A DNA stretch of 64,000 bases from an uncultured Candidatus Rokubacteria bacterium (GTDB taxonomy: Bacteria > Methylomirabilota > Methylomirabilia > Rokubacteriales > CSP1-6): NCBI GenBank assembly GCA_963758635.1, contig CAVWWD010000002.1:64001-128000 (forward strand). Reading direction: 5' to 3'. The position numbers and the translations under genes were made by a program. Position 1 is the first letter of the stretch, and every line of letters begins with the position of its first letter. Under the pieces are notes generated by a model. It did not search any database. It saw only the letters and a program-made list of their open reading frames with translations, and had not been told where the DNA came from. Positions 20,975 through 30,264 of the stretch are shown here, one piece after another.

Positions 20975-21415
20975 CTACGGCACCTTCGACGAGAAGGTGA
21001 CGCGTCGATTGGAGGCCCGGCACGCCGCCGTGCTCTCCGTGCACGCGGGGCGCTCCCCGCTGCGTGACTGGATCTCGAGCCGATGCGCCTTCACGCCCCG
21101 CGACACGAGATAGGCCTCGGCCGCGCGCGCCCGGTCTCGGCCCACCTCCGCGCTGAGAGCGCGAGCTCCCGGCTCGTCGGTATGCCCCTCGATGAGGAGC
21201 CCCCGGTGTCCGGCCCGGCTGAGCCACACGACGTGGGCGTCGAGGACCGTTCTGTCACGCGGACGGATGTCCGTCGTCCCCGCATCGAAGTAGATCGGCT
21301 TCAGGGTCGTGGCGTTCACCGGCGCACCCTGCACTTGTGGATAGCTTGCGACAATGGCGACCAGGGCCATGACGACGGGAGCCACGAGACATGCGGTTCT
21401 CCAGCCTCTCGACAA
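20975..21415 (-). CDS. OmpA/Pal-like peptidoglycan-binding protein
   Basis: IYFD, IEGHTD, RARAAEAYLVSRGV and NRRVTF motifs; signal peptide. Confidence 0.88.
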   Translation of the reverse strand: MSRGWRTACLVAPVVMALVAIVASYPQVQGAPVNATTLKPIYFDAGTTDIRPRDRTVLDAHVVWLSRAGHRGLLIEGHTDEPGARALSAEVGRDRARAAEAYLVSRGVKAHRLEIQSRSGERPACTESTAACRASNRRVTFSSKVP

Positions 21416-21502
21416 GCCAAGTCTCCTAGTCCCGCCTGATCTCCGCGGCTCGCCGAGCGGTCCGCACCTGTGAATCTAGTCTCTCGCCCGCTGCGTGCCT
21501 AT

Positions 21503-21516
21503 TGGACCTTGGTCGC
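21503..21516 (-). promoter_or_regulatory. Palindromic box TGGACCTTGGTCGC; -10 TAGATT at 21473-21478 (minus), for ompA-ftsH
   Basis: 24 nt from box to -10. Confidence 0.75.
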
Positions 21517-21531
21517 CCTGCCGGTAGCCAC

Positions 21532-23602
21532 TCATCGCTCCTCCTCACGCCGCGCCGCGGCCCCGCTGGTGTCATCGTAGAGGCGGTCCTGGGCGCGAAG
21601 GGCGGGCTCGCCATCGGCCCGGATGCGGACGGATCGACCGTCCGGGAGGATGCGCCGGGCCTTCACCGTGTCGGCGAGCTGGATCTCGAGGATCTCCTGG
21701 ACGCGAGACTGCAGGCCGGGATCCAGCACCGGGAAGGCGATCTCCACCCGGCGGTCCAGGTTCCTGGGCATCCAATCCGCGGAGGCGAGGAGGCACTCCG
21801 GCTGCCCGGCGTTGGCGAAGTGGACGATGCGCGCGTGCTCGAGGTACCGATCGACGATCGAAATGACCCGAACGTTGGCAGAGAGGCCCGGCACCCCGGG
21901 ACGAAGGCAGCAGATGCCGCGCACGATCAAATCAATCGTCACGCCCGCGCCGCTGGCGGCGTACAGCTCCTCGATCAGCCGGCGGTCCACGAGACCGTTC
22001 ATCTTCGCGATGATCCGCGCCGGCCTCCCGGCCCTGGCATGGCCGGCCTCCCGGCGGATGCGCTGGACGAGCCCGTCGCGCAGATCGGCGGGCGCGACGA
22101 GCAGGTGATGGAAGCGGGGCGGCCGTGCGCAGCCGCTCAGGCGGTCGAACAGCTCGGTGACGTCCTCGCCGAACGAGACGCGGCTCGTGAAGAGGCCCAG
22201 GTCGCCGTAGAACGTCCCCCGTCCGCGCGTTGTAGTTGCCCGTGGCGAGGTGGCAGTAGAGCCGGACCCCGTCGGCTTCCTGCCGGACGACGAGGCAAGC
22301 CTTGCAGTGGGTCTTGTATCCCGGGAGGCCGTGGACCACGTGCGCACCCACCTTCTCGAGCTCGCGGGCCCAGCGGATGTTCGCCTCCTCGTCGAATCGG
22401 GCCTGGAGCTCGACGAGCACGGCCACCTTCTTCCCGTTCTCGGCCGCCGTGCGCAGGGCCTGGGCGATAGGCGAGGCCGGGCTCACCCGGTAGAGCGTCA
22501 TCTTGATCGCGAGGACGGCGGGATCGAGGGCGGCCTCGCGCACGAAGCGAGTGACGCTGGCGAAGGCCTGGTAGGGGTGATGCACGAGGACGTCCCTGGC
22601 GCGGATCGCGCTCCAGATGTCCGGCGCGCGCTCGAACGCCGCGACGGAGTGCGGCGGGCGCGGCCCCTCCTTGAGCCGGGGCAGGTCGACGGCGGCATAG
22701 AGCTGGAGCAGATCGGTGAAGGCCGTGAAGCCCGTGCTCGCGTAGAGGTCCTCGGGCGCCAGCTCCAGCTCGTCGACCAGCGTGGCCAGGACGTCGGCGG
22801 GCAGCTCCGCGTCGTACTCGAGGCGCACCGCGGCGCCGAGGCGGCGGTCGCGCAGGCTCGCCTCGATGCTCGCGATCAGATCCTCGGCGCGGCCCCGCGT
22901 CGCCAGGGTCGCGTCGCGAGTCACGCGGATCGCGTGGCTCCATACGACATCGCGGCCTCCGTGGATGCCCGACAGGTACGGCCGGATCGCGTCCTCGAGC
23001 AGCATGAAGGCGTGCGGGCGAACGGAATCGGGCACGGCCACGAAGCGCGGCAAGGCTGGGCTCGGCACGTGGATCACAGAAAGCGAGCTTGCGGCCATCG
23101 CCGAGGCGGCGGCCGGGCGGATCGAGGCGACGATACACAGCGATCGGTTGCCGAGGTAGGGGAAGGGACGGCCGGGGTCGACGGCCAGGGGCGTCAGCGT
23201 GCCGGGCAGCAGGCGACGGACGTGCTGTTCGACGAAGCGCCGCTGCTCGGCGGTAATGTCCTGGTGCCGGAGGAGGACGATGCCTTCCGCGGCGAGGAGC
23301 GGCAGGATCTCGAGGAAGCAGCGGCGGTGCTCGTCGACGAGCTCGTGGACCCGGCCCGCCACCGCCGCCAAGGTCTCCGCCGGCGTGAGCCCGTCGGGCC
23401 CCGCCTGCGCCTCGCCCGCGTCGATGCGGCGCTTCAGCGCGGCCACGCGGACCATGAAGAACTCGTCCAGGTTCGCGCTGAAAATGGCCAGGAACTTCAC
23501 GCGCTCGAGGAGGGGCACGCTCGGATCCTGTGCCTCCTCGAGCACCCGGCGATTGAACTCCAGCCAGGACAGCTCGCGATTGACGAACGCCGCCTCGGTC
23601 AC
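21532..23602 (-). CDS. ppk1: Polyphosphate kinase 1, frameshifted in a G homopolymer (~22218)
   Basis: NRELSWLEFN, NLDEFFMVRV, HHPY, KMTLYR, ARFDEEAN, KTHCK, DRYLEH and SADWMPRNLDRRVE motifs. Confidence 0.95.
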
Positions 23603-23603
23603 G

Positions 23604-24567
23604 TCAGTCCCGCGTATTGAACGTCTCACGCAGGAGGATGCCGTCACGGACTCCCCGCGTGCAGACGACGAGCGTCAGGTATCCGCCGAAGACCATGGTC
23701 TCCTCGATCACCATTGCTCCAGCCAGGATGATGTCGGCGCGCTCGGACTTGAGGCCGGGGACCTTCTCACGGTCGTGGTGCGTGAGGCCTTCCAGGCGCT
23801 CGCGCACCGCCGTGACGTCGGACTGTCGGAGCGAGAGCCCGTGGCGGTGCTTGCGGGCGCCGCGGCGGGCGCGGAGATGGACGCGGGCGAGGCTGCGCAC
23901 GATGCCGCCGAGGCCGACCAGGACCTCGCCGGGCGCAGCGACGGGCAGAGCGCCTCGGAGCTGCTCGCGGATGGCGCCCCGGAGGGCGTGGACCTCGCGT
24001 GGGGTGGGCGGATCGTGCCGGAGAAGACCTCGCGTGCTGCGGATGGCTCCAAGCGGGAGGCTCGCGCTGGACACGATCCTGCGCGCCCGGACCCGGCTGA
24101 GCTGCAGGCTGGCGCCGCCGAGGTCCGCGACGGCCCCGTCCTTGAAGGGGAGGCTCTCGAGCGCCGCGCAGACACCCAGCCGCGCCTCGTCCCGGGCGCT
24201 CAGCACGTGCACCGTGATGCCCTCGTTGCAACGGAGGGGATGGAGCAACTGTTCCTGGTTGCGCGCGTCCCGGACGGCCGAACGTCGCCACCGCCACGAC
24301 GCGCGGGCCACCGCCACTCGGCGAGACCCGCGCCATGAAGTGGTGGACGGCCCGAAGGGTCTGGTCGATCGCCGCGCGGGGCAACGTGCCGGGCGGGCCG
24401 CCACCCAGCCGGGTCGGCACCCGTTCCTCCGCCAGCACACGGTAGCCGGTGCCCGGGGTGATCCGGGCGAGCAGAAAGCGAACGGCGGTCGATCCCAGAT
24501 CGACCACGGCCACCAGCTCCGCCCGCTCAGCCACGCGAGGGCGCACAGGTTCCGAGATCCACGACAC
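23604..24567 (-). CDS. ppx: Exopolyphosphatase Ppx/GppA, frameshifted (~24280)
   Basis: VVDLGSTAVR, VLSARDEARL, DLGGASLQ, ERADIILAG and GVRDG motifs; start approximate. Confidence 0.9.
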
Positions 24568-24693
24568 TCCTCCTTCAGGGGCGGCCGCCAGTCCCGATAT
24601 CCGCCCCACACCCGGAAGGCCCCAAGCGCGGACCAGCATGAGAAGGAGATCGCGATCGCCTGCACTCTAGCCAGGCCGATTCACCCCGCCCAT

Positions 24694-24707
24694 TGGACCT
24701 TCGTCCA
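24694..24707. promoter_or_regulatory. Palindromic box TGGACCTTCGTCCA serving two divergent -10 boxes
   Basis: TAGAGT (minus, 24664-24669) lies 24 nt to the left; TAGACT (plus, 24733-24738) lies 25 nt to the right. Confidence 0.8.
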
Positions 24708-24800
24708 GTGTTCTGCCCGTGGAGTCGATCCTTAGACTGTGGGGGTGGGGAAGACGTCGCGGCGGCGGTTCGATACCTGGGTTGAAATCGGGAGAGAGAC

Positions 24801-25148
24801 GTGGCAGAGATAAGCGGCCTCATGACGGAGCTCAATGACCTTCGCGAGCAGAAGCATCTGACGTGGAGCGAGCAGGAGGCCGGATGGATCGGGACGCCGG
24901 CCGCGATCTTGGACGCGCTCGTCCGTGATGGATACGAGGAGTGCCAGCGCGAGACCACGACGAGTCATCGCGATGGCCGCCCGGCCGGCGGCCTCTGGCG
25001 GGGAGTCAACCCGCGCACGGGATCCGTGGCGTCGGCGATCTGGGTGACGCGCCCGGCGGCGGCAGCCTTGGTGTTCATCCAGATCGATGGGGAACTGGTG
25101 GCACGACCGGGGAGGGGGCCGCATGAGGAGGAAGGCGGGCAGGGCTGA
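24801..25148 (+). CDS. Hypothetical protein
   Basis: 115-aa ORF with RBS GGGAGAG, downstream of the box promoter. Confidence 0.65.
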   Translation: MAEISGLMTELNDLREQKHLTWSEQEAGWIGTPAAILDALVRDGYEECQRETTTSHRDGRPAGGLWRGVNPRTGSVASAIWVTRPAAAALVFIQIDGELVARPGRGPHEEEGGQG

Positions 25149-25189
25149 CGCTTGCCGGGCCGCAGGCTCGAATCTATGAGGAGGCCACA

Positions 25190-25252
25190 ATGAAGAACGT
25201 TTCTACGATGACTCTGCCGTGCCCCCAGGTCCCGTGGGGCCGCCGCCGATGA
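25190..25252 (+). CDS. Putative 20-aa leader peptide MKNVSTMTLPCPQVPWGRRR
   Basis: RBS GAGGAGG; its stop overlaps the desaturase start (ATGA). Confidence 0.5.
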   Translation: MKNVSTMTLPCPQVPWGRRR

Positions 25253-26001
25253 TCGAGCTCGGGATCATCTTCCTTGTGACCATGGCGCTCACGCAGACCG
25301 CGGTCCTCGCCACGACGGTCTACCTGCATCGCGCCCTCGCGCATCGCGCCCTCGTCGTCCACCCGGTCACGGACGTCTTCTTCCGGACCGCCCTCTGGCT
25401 CACGACGGGCTTGAGCCGCCAGCAGTGGGTGGCTGTCCATCGCAAGCATCACGCCTTCACCGACCGGGACGGCGATCCTCACAGCCCGCGGCTGCAAGGC
25501 ATCTGGCACGTCCAGATCCTGAACGCCTACTACTACATGCGGGAGGCACGGAACCCCGAGACGCTGCGGAAGTTCGCGGCGGACCTCCCCGAAGACCGGC
25601 TGGATCGCCTGCTCTTCTCCCGGGGCTGGTGCGGCCTCGGGATCGGGATCACGCTGCTTTGCCTCGTCCTCGGTTTCTGGCCCGGACTCATCGCCAGCCT
25701 CGTGCATGCCATCCAGTACGTCTTCATCGTGGCCCCGCTCATCAACGGCCTGGGACATTGGCGAGGAGCACAGAACTTCGCGAGCAACACCGCGTACAAT
25801 TCACGCGTGCTCGCCTGGCTGACGGGGGGCGAAAGCCTCCACAACAACCACCATGCGCATCCGCGGGCGCCCAAGTTCAGCATGAGACGCTTCGAGTTCG
25901 ATCCGGCGTGGCTCGTGATCCGCGCCCTGGCGCGAATCCGTGCCCTCGCGATCCTCGGGACGACGGTCAGGCTGCAGACCGGCGCGGGGCCGGCGCGGTG
26001 A
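25249..26001 (+). CDS. Membrane fatty-acid (delta-9/acyl-CoA type) desaturase
   Basis: His boxes HRALAH, HRKHH and HNNHH; DPHSP motif. Confidence 0.93.
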   Translation: MIELGIIFLVTMALTQTAVLATTVYLHRALAHRALVVHPVTDVFFRTALWLTTGLSRQQWVAVHRKHHAFTDRDGDPHSPRLQGIWHVQILNAYYYMREARNPETLRKFAADLPEDRLDRLLFSRGWCGLGIGITLLCLVLGFWPGLIASLVHAIQYVFIVAPLINGLGHWRGAQNFASNTAYNSRVLAWLTGGESLHNNHHAHPRAPKFSMRRFEFDPAWLVIRALARIRALAILGTTVRLQTGAGPAR

Positions 26002-26084
26002 CCGTGGACGGCGGGGAGCGCGCCACGCGCGACGACCGCGCACCCTCGAATGGATCGACCCTGAATGTCTCGAAGGGGAGGGAC

Positions 26085-26453
26085 ATGCAGGCACTGAAAC
26101 GGATCGGCCCGCCCGTGCCGACGGGTGTGCGCGGCGACGAATACGACCTGAGCGTTCCCCTGAACGGCACGCCTTCCGTGGACTGGCGGCGCGCGTTCCA
26201 CGCCTCCGAGAAATCGACCGAGCTGTGCCATCCGACTCGCGTCACGGTGAAGGACCGCGCGCTGACCTTCACGAGCGAGGAAGACCACGTGCGACTGTGG
26301 ATCCAGCTCATCGACGAGTGGATTGCTGGCGCGAATCAAGCGTGCGCCGAGCGGCCCACCTCCACGTCGAGACGCGAGGTCGAGCAGAGCGACGACGAGC
26401 GCGAGCGCCAGCGGCGGATTCGGGAGGCGGTGGAACGCTTCAAGAACCTGTGA
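26085..26453 (+). CDS. Hypothetical protein
   Basis: MQALKRIGPP... after RBS GGGGAGG; charged helical C-terminus. Confidence 0.65.
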   Translation: MQALKRIGPPVPTGVRGDEYDLSVPLNGTPSVDWRRAFHASEKSTELCHPTRVTVKDRALTFTSEEDHVRLWIQLIDEWIAGANQACAERPTSTSRREVEQSDDERERQRRIREAVERFKNL

Positions 26454-26473
26454 CGCTCGCTCGAGACGGCCCC

Positions 26474-26487
26474 TGGACCAAGGTCCA
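26474..26487 (+). promoter_or_regulatory. Palindromic box TGGACCAAGGTCCA; -10 TAGCCT at 26512-26517
   Basis: Perfect consensus; 24 nt from box to -10. Confidence 0.8.
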
Positions 26488-26549
26488 GTAGGGCCACCCT
26501 GCCCGCTGCTGTAGCCTGACCTCACCGAGGACGCACGAAGGAGGAGACC

Positions 26550-26810
26550 ATGCACGTTCTACTCTTCATCCTGATCGGGTTGGTGGCAGGCGCGCTGGCC
26601 GGGCGGGTGGTGAGCGGCCATGGCTACGGCATGGTGGGGAACTTCGTCGTCGGAGTTCTCGGCGCCGTCCTGGGCGGATGGATGTTCACCACCTTCGCCG
26701 GCGTGACGAGCGGAGGAGTGTCCTTCAGCCTCTTCACGGCGCTCCTCGGCGCGGTCGCGCTGCTCTGGGTCGTCAGGCTGGTCGCCCCCGCCCGCGGCTT
26801 GAACCCCTGA
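26550..26810 (+). CDS. GlsB/YeaQ/YmgE (transglycosylase-associated) stress membrane protein
   Basis: IGLVAGALAG...GNFVVGVLGAVLGGW...ALLGAVALLW. Confidence 0.92.
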   Translation: MHVLLFILIGLVAGALAGRVVSGHGYGMVGNFVVGVLGAVLGGWMFTTFAGVTSGGVSFSLFTALLGAVALLWVVRLVAPARGLNP

Positions 26811-26841
26811 AACCACACTCGATGTCTCGAGGAGGCCACCA

Positions 26842-27084
26842 ATGCTGCGTTTCATCTTGGGGGCGATCATGGGCGGTGTCGCGGTCTGGGCATGGCGAGA
26901 CGAGCTCCGTGAGTACATCGCCGACGGCACCCGCGGCCTGAGGACGACGGCGGCCGACCAGCTCCAGGCGGTCCAGACAGCCGCGGAGGGCGCACTCAAC
27001 ACCGCGAGGGATGGGATCAGCTCCGGCCTGCAAAGTGGGCAGGACGCGATCCGCCCGGAGGACGCATCGCGACCGGCACGATAG
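26842..27084 (+). CDS. Small membrane-anchored helical protein (YtxH/LEA-like)
   Basis: FILGAIMGGVAVW anchor plus an Ala-rich helix; RBS GAGGAGG. Confidence 0.7.
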   Translation: MLRFILGAIMGGVAVWAWRDELREYIADGTRGLRTTAADQLQAVQTAAEGALNTARDGISSGLQSGQDAIRPEDASRPAR

Positions 27085-27124
27085 TCCGTTCCCGCTCCGA
27101 ACACCCGCACGAGGAGGAACCGTC

Positions 27125-27358
27125 GTGAATAGAGCATCCGCGCTTCCCGTGGCCGTCCACGTGCCACACCTGTTCCCTCGAGCCCTGGTCCGGACGGCAA
27201 GGTCGGGGATCTATCTCGTCCGTGGGGTTCCACGCGACCTGCAGCGCACGGCGCGCGCCCGGGCGGCGCGGGAGACGACCACCTTGAGCGCCGTGCTCCG
27301 GCAGGCCTTGCGCGAGTACGCCGCCGGTACCTGGACGCCCGAACCCGCCGACACATGA
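27125..27358 (+). CDS. Small ribbon-helix-helix-like DNA-binding protein
   Basis: YLVRGVPRDLQRTARARAARETTTLSAVLRQALREYA; RBS GAGGAGG. Confidence 0.65.
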   Translation: MNRASALPVAVHVPHLFPRALVRTARSGIYLVRGVPRDLQRTARARAARETTTLSAVLRQALREYAAGTWTPEPADT

Positions 27359-27389
27359 TGTGACGGCCGTTGCGCGGCCGTTGCGGCAC

Positions 27390-27403
27390 TGGACCTTGGT
27401 CCA
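27390..27403 (+). promoter_or_regulatory. Palindromic box TGGACCTTGGTCCA
   Basis: Perfect consensus; the downstream -10 is imperfect (GGCTAGAGACT at 27423-27433). Confidence 0.75.
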
Positions 27404-27477
27404 CTACCGTCTTTGCGGCGCCGGCTAGAGACTGACGTAGGGATCCGCCAAGAGAGCGGCCCTGGAGGAGGTGTCTC

Positions 27478-27849
27478 ATGCGAGTGCCAGTGTGGATCAA
27501 ACCGATGGTATGGGGCGGCGTCTTGGGCGCGATCGGGATCATGATTGTCGGATTCTCCTGGCTGGGGTGGACGCTCGACCACACGACCAAGAGACTCGTG
27601 ACGGAAGGCAGCGAGTCGGCCGTGGTCACTGCGCTGACTCCGTTCTGCGTCGCGAACTACATGAAGCAGCCCGACGCCGCTCAGAAGCTCGCCGTGCTCC
27701 GCGCCGACTCCTCGTCGTACACACAGCGCGAGATCATCGAAAAGGCCGGATTCGCAACCATGCCCGGAAAGACCGAACCAAGCTCAGGACTGGCGGCGGC
27801 CTGTGCGACCGCGCTTCAGACCGTCAGCCTTGCCGTCCCGAGCAAGTAG
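27478..27849 (+). CDS. Conserved-looking hypothetical membrane protein
   Basis: GAIGIMIVGFSWLGW TM segment and two Cys (PFCV, AACA); RBS GGAGGAGG. Confidence 0.8.
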   Translation: MRVPVWIKPMVWGGVLGAIGIMIVGFSWLGWTLDHTTKRLVTEGSESAVVTALTPFCVANYMKQPDAAQKLAVLRADSSSYTQREIIEKAGFATMPGKTEPSSGLAAACATALQTVSLAVPSK

Positions 27850-28151
27850 TCGACGATAAGGCCACGCGGCCGCGCGCTCGGGCGGAGACGCCCGGGCCGC
27901 GCCGCCTCAGGCCTACTCGTCCGTCCGCCTTGCGGGCGTGAAACGCCAGGCGGAGCTCCGCAGCGGATCAGCCGCGCGGGTCAAGAGATCGATCCCGTCG
28001 GGCCACGCACATACTCGCGCTCGATCTCCGCGATGATCTCGCGGCGCTCAGAACGGGTCCACCATTCGCTCGTCCTACGACGGGACGCAGAACTCGGCCG
28101 TCATAGCGGAGGTCGGCTCGCCGCCGCTCCGGCGCGTGCTGACCCGCGCAC

Positions 28152-28165
28152 TGGACCAAGGTCCA
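28152..28165 (+). promoter_or_regulatory. Palindromic box TGGACCAAGGTCCA; -10 TAGGCT at 28191-28196
   Basis: Perfect consensus; 25 nt from box to -10. Confidence 0.8.
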
Positions 28166-28300
28166 CTACGTTGCCCACGCGGGTGGCTGCTAGGCTGATG
28201 GCGTTCGCGCCACACCCACGGTTCGCGCACGAGACGATCCGATCGCGCCGGAGCCACACAGTCGGTGAACATATCGGACGATGCGCTCGGGAGGCCCTCC

Positions 28301-28489
28301 ATGGCGAAGTTCATCCAGATCTGCGCATCACAGAACGATCTGTTCGCTCTCGACCAGGACGGGGGCGTCCATCAGTACGACTTCAACACGAAGACGTGGG
28401 CGCAGCTCGCCCTGGACCGCCGCGACGAGGCGCCTTCGCGAAGTGACCGTCAGGCGAGCGGCGGCGCGCCGTGGGGGAGGCCGCCGTGA
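28301..28489 (+). CDS. Small hypothetical protein
   Basis: MAKFIQICASQNDLFALDQDGGVHQYDFNTKTW; RBS GGGAGG. Confidence 0.65.
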   Translation: MAKFIQICASQNDLFALDQDGGVHQYDFNTKTWAQLALDRRDEAPSRSDRQASGGAPWGRPP

Positions 28490-28625
28490 TCTCCGGCGAT
28501 TGCCCCAGTCAGATGGCTATCCCGTCGCAGTCTTCGCGTCCGCCCGTGAGTTCCTCGCCTCCGGGCCGCTCGGTCGCCTCGGCTGCCTCGTCCTGGACAT
28601 CCGCCTCGGGGAGATGACGGGCGGT
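28488..28625 (+). pseudogene. Fragment of a FixJ/TodT-like receiver domain
   Basis: LRRL..SDGYPVAVFASAREFL...GCLVLDIRLGEMTG; no start and no C-terminus. Confidence 0.65.
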
Positions 28626-28646
28626 TACCGCATTCTACGAGGGTCA

Positions 28647-28850
28647 TCAGACCTGCACGAGCGCCTTCCCGTTGGCCCCGAGCCACTCCACCACCTTGGC
28701 CCACGCAACAGGCTCCCGCTCCGTCCATGCCCTCACCGCCTGGGCGGGAACGACCACGTATGCGCGCTCAGGGTGCGCGGCCGCTTCCACCAGGCGGGCG
28801 AGATCGGTTCGGGATTGTCGAAGCTCCACGAGCAAGTCGCTGGTCGTCAT
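28647..28850 (-). CDS. Small hypothetical protein
   Basis: MTTSDLLVELRQSR...; RBS AGGAG. Confidence 0.65.
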   Translation of the reverse strand: MTTSDLLVELRQSRTDLARLVEAAAHPERAYVVVPAQAVRAWTEREPVAWAKVVEWLGANGKALVQV

Positions 28851-28971
28851 GAGTTCTCCTGGGAATGCAGCAATGGATTCAGCACCGGTCGGCAGCACGG
28901 GGTCGCGACCCTCACCCCGGCTTGGAGTGCGCCCTCTCGGGAGCCTATCTGGCCGCTCGTCGGCGCGCCAT

Positions 28972-28985
28972 TGGACCTTGGTCAG
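28972..28985 (-). promoter_or_regulatory. Palindromic box TGGACCTTGGTCAG; -10 TAGGCT at 28942-28947 (minus)
   Basis: 24 nt from box to -10. Confidence 0.75.
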
Positions 28986-29129
28986 GGAGCGCTCCGCTCC
29001 CTGATACTCACGCAGTCGTGATCGGCGAGGCCGCCCGGCTCATCAGCCGTGCTCAGGTTTCAGGGAGGCTCCGGGTTGTTGGCGACAACTCCAGATAGCG
29101 CGCTGGCGGTGCCGGACCCGCGACCGAGC

Positions 29130-30236
29130 TCAAGGCACGAACGCAAGGAACAAGAACGCCGCGAAGAGCACGAGGTGCACCGCCCCCTGCATCACGTAGG
29201 TGCGGCCGGTGCCGAGAGTGAACGCGCTCACCAGAAACGTCAGCATGAGCATCGCCATGTCCGCCGGCCCGACGCCCAGGACCAAGGGCAACTGGAAGGC
29301 GATCGATGCCAGTACCACGACGGGAACGGTGAGACCAATGCAGGCGAGCGCGGAGCCGATCGCAAGATTGATGCTGGTCTGAAGTCGATCGGCCCGGGCG
29401 GCCCGCACCGCGGCCCACGTTTCCGGCAGCAGGATCAGCCCGGCGATCACGATCCCGACCACAGCCCTGGGCGCATCGGCGGCCTCGACCACGCCCTCGA
29501 TCGTGGGCGAAAGCATCTTGGCAAGACCCACGACCGCCACGAGTGAGAGGAGGAGCAACCCGGAGCTCACCCATGCCTCCAGGGCCGTCGGCGGCTCGGC
29601 ATGCACGTCCAGGTTGTCCGCGCCGGCCGCCGGGATGAAATAGTCCCGATGGCGTACGGTCTGAACGAAGATGAAGATCGCCCAGAGCACGGCGGCCGTC
29701 ACGGCCACGAATCCGAGTTGCGAGCCGCTGTACGTGCCGGCGGGCGTGCTTGTCGTGAACACCGGCAAGACGAGCGTGAGGGTAGACATCACGATCAGCG
29801 CCGCAAGCCCTGCGCCAGCTCCCTCGATGCGGAAAGTCTGCTCTCGGTGCGCAAGACCGCCGAGGAGCACGCATATGCCTACGACACCGTTGCAGATGAT
29901 CATCACGGCGGCGTAGATCGCGTCGCGCGGCAGAGCGGCCATGTCCTCGCCGCCTGCAATCATCATCGACAGGATGAGCGCGGTCTCGATCGCGGTCACG
30001 GCCAAGGCAAGCACGAGCGTGCCGAGGGGCTCGCCCACGCGATGCGCGATGACTTCGGCGTGGTGGACCGCTGCGATGATCGCCCCGACCAGAGCGGCGC
30101 CGCACAGCACGGCGAGCAAGGTTCCCACGCCCGCGACGACCGCAGCCACGAGCAACGCGAGCGCCAACACGGGGACAAGCCAGGTCCAGAGAGGGATGGT
30201 TCGTCCTTGGCCCGGTGGTGTGGGCGTCACCACCAT
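29130..30236 (-). CDS. chaA: Ca2+/H+ antiporter (ChaA/Y4hA, CaCA family)
   Basis: VHHAEVIAHRVGEPLGTLVLAL, LLPETWAA and NLAIGSALACIGLT motifs. Confidence 0.92.
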   Translation of the reverse strand: MVVTPTPPGQGRTIPLWTWLVPVLALALLVAAVVAGVGTLLAVLCGAALVGAIIAAVHHAEVIAHRVGEPLGTLVLALAVTAIETALILSMMIAGGEDMAALPRDAIYAAVMIICNGVVGICVLLGGLAHREQTFRIEGAGAGLAALIVMSTLTLVLPVFTTSTPAGTYSGSQLGFVAVTAAVLWAIFIFVQTVRHRDYFIPAAGADNLDVHAEPPTALEAWVSSGLLLLSLVAVVGLAKMLSPTIEGVVEAADAPRAVVGIVIAGLILLPETWAAVRAARADRLQTSINLAIGSALACIGLTVPVVVLASIAFQLPLVLGVGPADMAMLMLTFLVSAFTLGTGRTYVMQGAVHLVLFAAFLFLAFVP

Positions 30237-30264
30237 CCCCCCACGCCGGGAATCGCGCAAGGGT

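Noticed and set aside
17058..28985. Palindromes read as a CRISPR array, REP elements or integron attC sites
   Set aside because: They are only 14 bp, irregularly spaced and located 5' of genes at a fixed distance from -10 boxes; no cas or integrase gene is present.
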